A stretch of 64,000 nt of DNA. It comes from a virus. Its lineage: Duplodnaviria > Caudoviricetes. The notes beneath the pieces are model-generated. The model was not told where the DNA came from. It did not search any database and worked only from the letters and a program-made list of their open reading frames with translations. The position numbers and the translations under genes are program-made. The stretch's first letter is position 1, and the number at the start of each line of letters is the position of its first letter. Where the stretch lies: IMG/VR virus record IMGVR_UViG_3300025678_000005. One strand, given 5' to 3'. Shown piece by piece: positions 31,943 through 42,399 of the stretch.

Positions 31943-32365
31943 ATGAAAAAGATTAGAAAAAACATTTTTGAAACTAATAGTAGTAGTACTCATTCTGTTG
32001 TTATAAAAGAAGGAGAGTTTAAAAATTTTCCAAAAAATATTAATTCTTTAAATATAACTACAGATGATTATGGATGGGAAAAGCATACTTATACTGATTT
32101 TACAGATAAAGCTTCCTATGCTTTAACTTATGCAATTAATTATGGTACTAAAAAAGATTTGAAAATGCTTGATAAAATATTAAAAGAGCAGTTGAATATT
32201 AAAGATATAAAATATGATGGCCTTACATTAAAACAAGCATTGAACTATGTTGGAAAAGATTCTAGAAAATTTGGATATATAGATCATCAGAGTGTAGAAG
32301 AAGCAAGTAAAATATTTAAAGATGAAAATAATTTAAAAAGTTTCTTATTTTCAAAAGATTCATAA
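31943..32365 (+). CDS. FETNSSSTHS-motif protein 1; last 9 codons displaced by the IS to 33640-33668
   Basis: MKKIRKNIFETNSSSTHS..., GYIDHQS; removing the IS restores ...SKDSYFKTDNDNM*. Confidence 0.8.
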   Translation: MKKIRKNIFETNSSSTHSVVIKEGEFKNFPKNINSLNITTDDYGWEKHTYTDFTDKASYALTYAINYGTKKDLKMLDKILKEQLNIKDIKYDGLTLKQALNYVGKDSRKFGYIDHQSVEEASKIFKDENNLKSFLFSKDS

Positions 32366-32464
32366 AATTCGGCTCAAGGAAACCCCGAAGTCTTTAGCTT
32401 CTGGGAGGAATTGAGCCACTATTCCTTCTTTTGTTGAATTTAACATAATTATTTCTTTCAAATA

Positions 32465-32496
32465 TTTGAATATCTCAAAACTATTTTGTATCTTTG
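32465..32496 (+). promoter_or_regulatory. Bacteroidota promoter for tnpB
   Basis: -33 TTTG (32465) and -7 TATCTTTG (32489) 20 nt apart; ATG follows 4 nt later, so the mRNA is near-leaderless. Confidence 0.7.
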
Positions 32497-32500
32497 TGGT

Positions 32501-33634
32501 ATGAAATTGACCTTGCAGATTAAGCTGCTTCCAACTGTCGAACAAGCCGTGATGCTGAAAAATACGTTCAGCGTTTTTAACGAGGCTTGCAACACTATCT
32601 CGCAGATAGCGTGGGAACGCCATGCGTTCAAGCAGTTCAGTCTGCACAAGGAAGTGTATTATCCCATCAAGGAAACATATCATCTCTCTTCCCAGCTTGT
32701 CGTGCGTGCAATCAGTAAAGTTGCCGATGCGTACAAGCTCGACAGGAAGAAGCAGAGGCACTTTAGGGAGTTCGGGGCTATCACCTACGACAGCCGTGTG
32801 CTTTCCTACAGCATGTCCAAGTCCGTCTGTTCCATCTCGCTTGTCGGAAGCCGTGAGAAGATAGCATATACCTGCTACCGTCCGCAGCTCATGCAGTATG
32901 CAAAAGGGGAAGCCGACCTCGTTCTTATCAAAGGAAAGTTCTACCTCTACCAAACGATAGATATTCCCGATGAGCATGAGGAGAACGCAGAGGACTTTAT
33001 CGGTGTCGATATGGGCATTACGGACATTGTATCCGTCTCTGACGGCACTAACATTTCCTCTGATGAGGTCAAGAACATACGAAACAGATACAACAAAGTG
33101 AGAGCTTCTGTCCAGTCTAAAGGCACTCGCAACTGTCATAAGTTGCTGAAACGGTTGAAAGGACGTGAGAGAAGATTCGCCACCATTGTGAACCACCGCA
33201 TCAGCAAGCAACTCGTAGCAAAGGCAAAGGAAGAGAACAAGGGTATCGCCATTGAGGACTTGAAGAACATCCGATGGGGCATGAACTCCAAGAAACGCAG
33301 CAGGACGTTCCGCAGGAGGAGTAACTCGTGGAACTTCTACCAGCTCCGTTCCTTTATTGAATACAAGTGCAAGGTGGCTGGCATCAAGATTGTCGCCATT
33401 CCGCCTGCCTACACATCGCAGACCTGTCATGAGTGCGGACACATAGGTATTCGCAACGGCAAGCACTTTCACTGCACGCACTGTGGCAATGTAGCAGACG
33501 CAGACGTAAACGCTGCTCTGAACATCGCCACATGGGGGTATGTAAACACCCATGAAAGATGGGATTTGTTGTCGTGTCCTATACATGATGATTTTTCTAC
33601 GTCTAAAGCCCACAAGTCTTTAGCTTGTGGGTAG
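32501..33634 (+). CDS. tnpB: TnpB RNA-guided endonuclease
   Basis: RuvC-I IGVDMG, RuvC-II IAIEDL, zinc finger CHEC..CTHC, RuvC-III DADVNAALNI; YTSQTC. Confidence 0.93.
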   Translation: MKLTLQIKLLPTVEQAVMLKNTFSVFNEACNTISQIAWERHAFKQFSLHKEVYYPIKETYHLSSQLVVRAISKVADAYKLDRKKQRHFREFGAITYDSRVLSYSMSKSVCSISLVGSREKIAYTCYRPQLMQYAKGEADLVLIKGKFYLYQTIDIPDEHEENAEDFIGVDMGITDIVSVSDGTNISSDEVKNIRNRYNKVRASVQSKGTRNCHKLLKRLKGRERRFATIVNHRISKQLVAKAKEENKGIAIEDLKNIRWGMNSKKRSRTFRRRSNSWNFYQLRSFIEYKCKVAGIKIVAIPPAYTSQTCHECGHIGIRNGKHFHCTHCGNVADADVNAALNIATWGYVNTHERWDLLSCPIHDDFSTSKAHKSLACG

Positions 33635-33668
33635 TTTACATTTTAAAACTGATAATGATAATATGTAA

Positions 33669-33947
33669 ACGAAAAAAATTAGAATTGGATTATTTGAAAC
33701 TAATAGCAGCAGTACGCATTCTATTATTATATGTACTGATGAAGAATTAGATAAATGGAAAAAGGGAGAGATTTTACGTGGATATTATGAAGGCTTTGTA
33801 CCTTATTCTGAGGATTTGGATAAAGATGAATATTTTACATATGATGAATATATAAAATATAGAGAAGAAGAAGTTTATGAAAATAAATATATTACTAAAA
33901 ATGGAGAAGTTTTACATATAATTTGTAAATATGGATATGATGGATAA
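33669..33947 (+). CDS. FETNSSSTHS-motif protein 2 (ACG where ATG is expected)
   Basis: Not in the ORF track. ACG AAA AAA ATT AGA... reads KKIRIGLFETNSSSTHSIIICT...CKYGYDG*, 92 codons, with an N-terminus matching 31943. Confidence 0.7.
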   Translation, partial: TKKIRIGLFETNSSSTHSIIICTDEELDKWKKGEILRGYYEGFVPYSEDLDKDEYFTYDEYIKYREEEVYENKYITKNGEVLHIICKYGYDG

Positions 33948-34833
33948 TATATTATATAAATATAATAATGGTAATACTACAGTTACTATTTATGATGATG
34001 GCACAAAGATAAGGGAGTATGAAGATACTCCCTGTGTCATTTTTCCAGAATCAATAGATTTAAAAATAACTAATTCATGTAATATGAATTGTGCTTTTTG
34101 TCATGAATCATCTACTAAAGATGGGGCACATGCAAATATTGATAAACTTAAACAAACATTAAATGATCTTCCCGCTGGAATTGAAATAGCTATAGGCGGT
34201 GGAAATATATTTGAATATCCAGATTTAATAGAATTTTTAACTTGGTGTAAATATAAAGGATTTATTTGTAACATTACAATTAATCAAAAACATTTAAAGA
34301 AAAATCTTTCACAATTAAAATATTTAATTGAAGAAGATCTAGTTAAAGGAATAGGTGTATCTATTAATGGTAATGATTTCAATTCATTAAAAGAATTAAA
34401 ATCTAAGAGCAAACATGTTGTTTATCATTTAATTGCAGGGATTCATAAACCAGATATTTTGGATAAATTAAATAAATTAGGTAATTGTAAAGTATTAATA
34501 CTTGGCTATAAACAATTTGGAAGAGGTATAAACTATTATTCTGATGAAGTAATAAAAAATATAAATGAATGGAAAATAAAATTACCAGCATATTTTGGAA
34601 AATTTCTAATTGCTTTTGATAATTTAGCTTTAAAGCAATTAGATGTAAAATCTATGCTTCCAGAAAAAGTTTGGGATAGTTGTTTTATGGGAGAAGATTT
34701 TACTTTTACAATGTATGTAGATGGCGTAAAAGAACAATATGCGCCTACAAGTAGTAGTAGCAATAGAACATCTTTTAGTGAAATGACTCTATTAGATTAT
34801 TTCGTAAAACATAAAAATAAAATATCATTTTAA
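33931..34833 (+). CDS. radical SAM protein
   Basis: CxxxCxxC (CNMNCAFC), AIGGGN. Confidence 0.9.
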   Translation: MDMMDNILYKYNNGNTTVTIYDDGTKIREYEDTPCVIFPESIDLKITNSCNMNCAFCHESSTKDGAHANIDKLKQTLNDLPAGIEIAIGGGNIFEYPDLIEFLTWCKYKGFICNITINQKHLKKNLSQLKYLIEEDLVKGIGVSINGNDFNSLKELKSKSKHVVYHLIAGIHKPDILDKLNKLGNCKVLILGYKQFGRGINYYSDEVIKNINEWKIKLPAYFGKFLIAFDNLALKQLDVKSMLPEKVWDSCFMGEDFTFTMYVDGVKEQYAPTSSSSNRTSFSEMTLLDYFVKHKNKISF

Positions 34834-35148
34834 AATAAGATAGGCATAAGAATTTTAAATAATTCAATAAATAATAATTAATTTATGACAAAAGTCTTTG
34901 AATATAAAGGATTAAGATTTATAGAAGTTGCTCCAAATATCTTTCATAGTGTCGATTTTGGAGATAAACTTATTTATGAATATAAAGAGAATAAATATTA
35001 TTTAATTAAAGATGAAAGAATAAGCGAAGTAATATCTTTGGAAGAATGTAATGGGAATCCTAATAGTATCTTTAATAATGATTATTGGTGGAAATAACTT
35101 ACATAATAGAGCAAATAATAATATAACAATTATATTTTTTAAATAATA

Positions 35149-36234
35149 ATGAGCAAAATAAATGCAAAAATAGTAGCAGATTCTTTAAGCATTCATGGAG
35201 ACAGACTGACTACACTTCTTATTACTTTTCCAAGATTCATATTAGCAGAGGTGAACACTCATAGAATGTTAAGTAAAAACACATCCTCTTCAAGGGCAAT
35301 TCCATTTGAAAAAATGATACAATCTGTAGAGAAAGATCCTTTTATTCCAATTGCTTGGCAAAAAGACCATAAAGGAATGCAGGGAACTGCATATTATGAT
35401 GAAAATGAAAGTAATATATGTAAAGAAAAATGGTTAAAAACCAGAGATTTAACAATAGGACAGGCTAAATTTTTACATGATATAGGAATTACAAAACAAA
35501 TTTGTAATAGACTTCTTGAGCCTTATATGTGGACTACTATGCTAATAACAGGTAGTGGAGAAGGATGGAAAAATTTTTTTAAATTAAGATGTCCACAGTA
35601 TTATATAACAGACAATCAAAAAGAACCTTATGCTAAAAGCTGGAAAGAATTACTATTATATCATAGTGATGATAAATACACACAGATTATTAAAAATAAT
35701 CAAGAAAATACATTATTTAAATTAAAACATAATAATGGAAAAGCAGAAATTCATATGATGACTTTAGCAGAGAGTATATATGATTCTATGGTAAATAGTA
35801 CTCCAAAGCAATTAAAACCAGGAGAATGGCATATTCCATTTTATGAACAGATGAATGAAACTAAATTATTTATACTTGCTGATCAAATAAATAAAAAAGA
35901 GCAGACAGATTTATGTTCAGATCCTATTTTAAATAAAGAATTTACAGCAATTAAAGTTTCTATCGCAATGGCTGCGAGGACTTCTTATACTTTGATAGGA
36001 GATGAAAAAGAATTAGATTATGAGAAGTTAAATTCTTTATATGAAAAATTATTGAATCAATATCCTCCACACTCTTCTCCATTTGAACACTGTTGTCAAT
36101 GTTTAACAGAAGAAGAATATAATTCTAGTTTTAAAACAGTTGGATTTAAATATGGAAAAGCAATTACTGAAAAAGGATGGGTAAATAATTATCATGGGTT
36201 CAAATCTTATAGAAGTATTATAGAAAATTATTAG
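35149..36234 (+). CDS. ThyX-like FAD-dependent thymidylate synthase homolog
   Basis: PRFILAE.NTHR.LS.N.SSSRAIP, KQ..NRLLEP, NFF.LR, ARTSY and HSSPFEH motifs. Confidence 0.8.
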   Translation: MSKINAKIVADSLSIHGDRLTTLLITFPRFILAEVNTHRMLSKNTSSSRAIPFEKMIQSVEKDPFIPIAWQKDHKGMQGTAYYDENESNICKEKWLKTRDLTIGQAKFLHDIGITKQICNRLLEPYMWTTMLITGSGEGWKNFFKLRCPQYYITDNQKEPYAKSWKELLLYHSDDKYTQIIKNNQENTLFKLKHNNGKAEIHMMTLAESIYDSMVNSTPKQLKPGEWHIPFYEQMNETKLFILADQINKKEQTDLCSDPILNKEFTAIKVSIAMAARTSYTLIGDEKELDYEKLNSLYEKLLNQYPPHSSPFEHCCQCLTEEEYNSSFKTVGFKYGKAITEKGWVNNYHGFKSYRSIIENY

Positions 36235-36828
36235 AAATTATAATAAAAATTTAAATTATAAAATAACATGACTAAAGAAGAATTTGTAAAATTTATAAAT
36301 AATTTTAAAAAATTTCATGAATATGTAAATAATTATGAAATGTTTGGAATTGATTTAAATCATGAAAAAAATCCTATCTATTCTACAGTTTGTGAAATGT
36401 TTGAATTAATAATTAATTCTGAATATACTTCTATTGGCGTTGACATACTATATTGGTATGTATATGGAACAAAATTTGGTGAAAAGATTTATCCTACATA
36501 TATTAAAGAAAGTCACAATAAGATAACTGTAGAAGATATTTATGATGAACTAGAACAATATAGGAAATAAAATGTCAAAAGCGAAATTTAAATTTCGACA
36601 CAATCGCTGGGAAATGATTTGTTCAAAATGCAGTAAATTTATTAAAGATGAGAATTTCTTTACAGATGATGAATGGTTGGCTGTTCACGGTGAAATAAAA
36701 TTACCAGCACAATACTGTGATGAATGTTTGGAAAAAATGGAGAAAGATGATTAAATTATAATTTTTCATCTAATTAATAATTAAATAGACAAATTGAAAT
36801 AGTTTTTATATAAGTTTTTACATCACCA

Positions 36829-36867
36829 AGGGATATGCATTATATTGTGCATATCCCTATTTTTTTT
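36829..36867 (+). terminator. Rho-independent terminator ending the early/middle block
   Basis: AGGGATATGCA...TGCATATCCCT followed by a T8 run. Confidence 0.85.
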
Positions 36868-36898
36868 GCTATCGCTTTTTATTTAAAAATAAAGTTAT

Positions 36899-36906
36899 TA
36901 ACTTTG
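36899..36906 (+). promoter_or_regulatory. Bacteroidota -7 box upstream of the lysozyme gene
   Basis: TAACTTTG just after the terminator. Confidence 0.55.
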
Positions 36907-36949
36907 CAAGTTAGTTTAAATTATAATAATATTAATTATTAACAATTCT

Positions 36950-37549
36950 ATGTTAGAAGCAGAATATAAATACAATTTAGAAAAATTGTATGATCCAGAA
37001 TATATTAGTGATTATTACGCTAATAATAATGTACAAAGTAAAAGTTCTTTATTAAGAGAATATTTAGCAAATTCTAAAAAATCTGATGTTCCAATATCAG
37101 AACGAATTAAAAGTTTTATAACCTTTAAGGAAAAATCTAAACCAATAACAATCAGTAATAAAGTAAAAGAAGCTATGGATTTTTTTATACAGAAAGGACT
37201 TACTAAGGAACAGGCAGCTGGAATATTGGGTAATCTTCAGGTAGAATCGAATTTAAATACTACAGCATGGGGTGATAATAATACATCTTATGGTATAGCG
37301 CAATGAAATAAAGACAGGTTGGATGGTTTACATGCATTTTCAAAAATTAGAAATAAACCTACACACGATTTTCAAACACAACTTGAATATATTTGGCACG
37401 AATTAAATACTACAGAAAGAGCAGCACTTGATGAATTACTTAAGACTAATAATCCAGTAGATGCTGCTCGTGTATTTGCTAAAAAATTTGAAAGAATGAA
37501 AGAGTATAATCCAAAACGTGAAATATACGCTAAAATGTTTAACGCCTAG
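36950..37549 (+). CDS. phage tail lysozyme-like peptidoglycan hydrolase (199 aa, TGA=Trp at 37304)
   Basis: AAGILGNL..ES, YGIAQ[TGA]NKDR = GIAQW, QLE.IW.EL, AA..F...FER; the two track ORFs are in one frame. Confidence 0.85.
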
Positions 37550-40500
37550 CCATAGGATTTGGTACTAATTCCATAAAGTTCAAATTTGATCTAATAAAAC
37601 TTTCAACTGATCCGTTTCCAGAAAAAACATCCTTAACAGAATCTATAGTATCTGATAAAGTACTTATAAATACTGGAGTTGTTTGTATATCTCCTAATAG
37701 AGAAAATGGATTAAATTCCTTTGTCGATCTCATTAAGATTTTACAAGCCATTCTTTCGTATTGATCCATCTGACTATAGTTTGTTTTTCCAGTAATTAAA
37801 TCTTTATTTTTAAATATTAAAATACCAAGTAATATATTAATTAACATTATAATTAAATCATGTAACATTAATTTCGCATTATTAAGTCTATGTGGTTCTA
37901 TTTCTTTTAATGATTTTCCAGTAGCAAGCTCCCTTATTGTTATACCAAAAGAATACATTAATCCTTCAAAAGGATCTCCAACTCATTCTCAATCTGGTGA
38001 ATAAGCATCTCCAGGTTTTAATTCTGTTTCTGGTATTTCAAGTCTATATTCTTGTCCATTTTCATCTGTTTCATACTTTACATAATATAGTACTTTTTTA
38101 CCATTTACCATTTTAAACTTCTGTTGCATATGGCCTCTTTTTGTTTTTGTAGGTTTACCAAAATAATATCTTATCTTGGCTGGCCAGAAAGTCATAAATT
38201 GACCAAAAAATATACCAAGTGGTAAATGCTTTATAAGAGGACTTCTATCATAGTCATAATATCCATACGCCAATTCTGTAAAAGTTTTTATACTTTCTCT
38301 TTCAAGATTCATATATGGTTCTGAAATTAGATCTTCTTCTTTATATGTTTTATCGTTTTTAAAAATAGCTTGTTTATTAAAATAATCAATATAAGTTTTG
38401 TATAATGCTCTTTGTGTATTATATTTTTTATCAGTTGGATGATCTTTCATTCCATATTTTTTTCTCATTTGAAAATAATATGAAAATCTTTCATCCTTTG
38501 TTACATCATAAACTAAATTACCATCTTTATCTAAAGAATATGCTTGGTAAACACCATCTTTTATTAATTTTGAAAGAAATAATGCTAATCTATTGATATA
38601 GTCTGGAGCTGTATTACTCCAATACATAAAATCACTAATGAAATTTAATCCTCTTCTATCTATCTTTGTTTTATCAACTATCTGATTCATATCTCTATTT
38701 GCAATTCTAAAATAATTATTTAACTCATTAACTAAAGCATAATCCTTTTTTGATAATAATAATTTATAGGCCTGTGTTAAATATCTTCCAGAAAAACTAT
38801 CATCACCATATACTTTTGATCAGGCATAAGAAGTATTCTTTATAGTACCAACTACTAATTCTTTAATTGCCATGGCTGGTCTTATAGCTAAAACCATAAA
38901 ACTTACTCCTTTTTGCAATAGCCTTATATAGCTAAATAAATCTTCATATTCTTTTCCTTTTATTGGAGACACATTATATATTGATACTTTAATCTGTTCC
39001 ATTGTAGTGTTTAATAATTTTTCAACTTCTTCAATATGACCAGTTTGATACCCATAAAATCGCAAATTTTGCATTGCTGCATTAATATATGGAAGTACTT
39101 CATTAAAATATTTTTCTTTAATAGATTCAAATATATATTTTAATAAAATAGTATCTAAGTTAATTTCTCAATGTCCAACACTATATCTTGTTAATAGATA
39201 ATCCCTAAATTCTTTATCTTCCTGACTTTTGAATCTATTGTAAATTTTCTTTAGGCCATTTATAGCATTCATTGAACCAATATATTGTAATTCTTTTTCT
39301 GCTTCTTCAGGAGTTTCTTGTTTTATATCCAATATATTTAATGCATTTTCTTTAATATTTCCAACCATTTTTCTAAATCCATCTGTAGTCAAAGTTTTTA
39401 ATTCACTTAAATTCATTCTTGGAATAAGAGGAATTTTTAATAAATTTTCAATTTCTCCAGAAGCAAGCATTTGTTTTAGTTCTTCTGATTTTTCAAACTT
39501 TTCAAATGTATCTAATTCTTGATTTGAGCCATCTCTATATAAATAAAACAGATGTATATATTGTTTTAAATATTTTCTTTGTTCTGGAGTTAAAGCTGTT
39601 TCTTTTGATCATGGATTTTTTAACTTAAATTCTGAATCCAATTTATTACCGTCATGTTCATAAAATGGACTGTAGAATCTATCTGCATCACCAATAAACG
39701 TTTTTTCAAGCCAGGGTCTTCCCATTTCTTTATACATTGCATTTGTTAAATTAATAACTTTATTTTTTTCTTTTAAATAAATACTACTAATTTTATCCTG
39801 AGTAAGATTTCTAACATCGTATATTTGGTTCAAATATTCTGATTGAACAGCATCAGTTGTTGCAAGTTTCATTCCCTGGAACATTCCAACTGTAGGAATT
39901 TTTATATTTGTATCTTTTACTTCTCCAAATAATCAGCTTTTTAACATGTGTGTAAAATCACCTTTTGTCATACCATACTCATTTACGCCAGTTTCAAACT
40001 CTCCATTGATTCCTATAAAATGAGATATTCCTCCACTTACTAATGCATATAGATAAACAATAGGATCGCTAAAATCAGTAATTTTAGTTGGATCTATTTT
40101 ATTCAAATGGCCATATGTTTCTAAAAGTTTATCACTTAGTTGAGTTAATAATTTTATTTTTTCATTATTTGTTGATGGATTGTCAAATTGCTCCATACTA
40201 AAATAAGCATTTAATGCATCATTATTTATAGTTCTTAATGCATCTAATATTTCTTGATATAATATTTCCATATAATCTGCTACTTTAATTTTTTTATTAG
40301 CAAAATTATTTTCTATATTTATATCATCCTTTATTTCTTTTAGAAGCAAATCGAAATTATAAAAGGCATTTTCCAAATTATTAGATCAGTCTGGTGTTCC
40401 AGAGGAAATATCCAATACTTTTATATTTCCAAGTTTATATCCATATAACACATCTGGCATAGCATTTAATACAGTCAAAGTTTTTAAAATTTCTATATGT

Positions 40501-42398
40501 GAACTTGTAGCGTTTCATATTTTTGGATCTCTATTTAAATCTGAATCTCTATAAAATTTACCAAGTACTTTAGTTCCAAGACCAAGATTGTTAATTTGTC
40601 TTAAATTATTAATTGTTAATGTTACAACTTCTACCTGTAATGTCTTATTATTGCGAAAAACAAGTGTGCCATTTGCTAATAAAGCAGGTCTATTTGTAAT
40701 TAATTCTCAATCTCCACTTAAGTATTTTTGAAAAGTAGTATTTAGACCATCATAAATAAGTCCTTTTATATTTAATTTTCCAGTTTTTTTTCCTTTATTT
40801 ATTTCTTTAATTATATCCTGTACAGCTGTATCTTTTTTAGCATTTAATAATTCTACGTATTCGGCAACTCTTTTTCTAAATCTTTCTACGCCTTCTTCGG
40901 TGTTGGGCTCTTCAATATATTCACCAGTTAATCTATTCAAAAGTTTAATTGTTTGTCTTCCTTCGGCCCTATGTTTAGCTTTTGTTATTAAAAATTCTAT
41001 ATCTTCTATTTTACGTTTTGTCCTGAAATTATAAGTAGGAAACATTGCAGATAATGTTTTTTGTATATTACTTATTATTACAGTACTTTCTTCTGGGTTA
41101 TCTTTAACTTTTACAGGAATTAATTTTCTAAGCGTTTGTGTGACAATTCCATTTTCATCAAGGCCAGATGGTTTATATGCATAAGAAGAACTTCTTTCAT
41201 TTACCTCTCCAATATAAAATTTATCTGCCATTATCAATCCATCTCTATTTACTGGAAAAATTGCTGGTAATATGTATAATGATATAAGTTGTGGATTAAT
41301 TTCTGGTGGCAGCAAATCCTCTAGTAATCTCCTTGATATACCAAGTTTATAGTCAGTTCTTAGAATTTTTGCTGAGTCTCAATCTGTAATATTATTTCTA
41401 GAAACTCTTACATCATAAATGCTGGGAATTCCATCACTGTTTATAGATAAGTAAGAGATTGGAGATGATATTCCTGTTGCATTTTCTATAGGTAATTGTC
41501 TATTTAACCAAACATCTGCTTCAAATTTTTCAGTAGAATTTAAAACAGTTTGTTTATATCATTTTTGTATCTGTTCTTTTATATTTTGTGATATATTTAC
41601 TTTTTCTTTTTCTGTAAAACTAAAGTCATGTTTTATTAATTTATTATAATTCTCTACAGTTTTTATAATTTTTTCTATAGAATTATCAATAGAAAATTTA
41701 GGATTCTTTTTTATATAATTTTGTAAAATATCATTAACTATTATTTGTAAAGACACCATTATATTTGAAGTCTTTAATTCCAGGTCTACTTCTTCTGTTG
41801 CCCTTCTAAGCGCTTCTTCTGGATCAGACTCATTTAAATCCTTATATTTTGTATTAAGTAAATCATTTATAGCTTCTTTCTTATAGTTTTCATCATTAAA
41901 AACAGGAGCAAGTAATTTTGGATTTTCACCATCTATTATATGTTCCATTTTTAAAAATTGACTATCAATAATAAAGTTCTTACTATATGGTACATTATTT
42001 TTCTTAATTTCTTCTCATACTCTATCCTGTATAGAATTTTCTTTAATATCAAATTTCAAGACAGTATGTTTTTTATTTTCCAATCATTCTTTAAACTGTT
42101 TAATATCTTCTTCTGATCCCAATATATATTTATTAAATGGTGTATATGAAATACCTTCATTAATATCATGTTCTTTTGGATCTAAATTAGGAAATTTGCT
42201 GTCTATAAAATCAATATATTGTTCAAGTGTTCCAATACCTTTTATTTTTTCATCGTATATAGGTAATATATAATCATTTATAACATTTCCAGGTATTGAA
42301 TGTATATAATGAGCCTTTATAAAATCAGAAAGTTCTTTATCAGATTCATAAGTAAATTCATTATTTCCATCTTTTAAAAAATATTTGCATTTATCCAT
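37539..42398 (-). CDS. giant virion (ejection/cargo) protein A, about 1619 aa, TGA=Trp
   Basis: Nine track ORFs share one frame; breaks checked are TGA; gaps checked translate cleanly (e.g. SPD-W-E-W-VGDPFEG). Confidence 0.8.
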
Positions 42399-42399
42399 A

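Larger units (their letters stand above)
32364..33639 (+). mobile_element. IS200/IS605-family TnpB-only element (IS1341-like)
   Basis: Sharp rise in GC; subterminal hairpins with a shared AAGTCTTTAGCTT core (32383-32405, 33609-33631); right end TTAC; no TSD; clean in-frame empty site after TTCAT. Confidence 0.9.

Noticed and set aside
32360-33613. 417-aa minus-strand ORF and the other short ORFs overlapping tnpB
   Set aside because: Antisense or alternative-frame shadows of the GC-rich tnpB with no recognisable motifs.
32364-33639. IStron (intron-IS hybrid) that would splice out and repair the host gene
   Set aside because: The left end is only ~137 nt, has no group I core motifs, and the element does not end in G.
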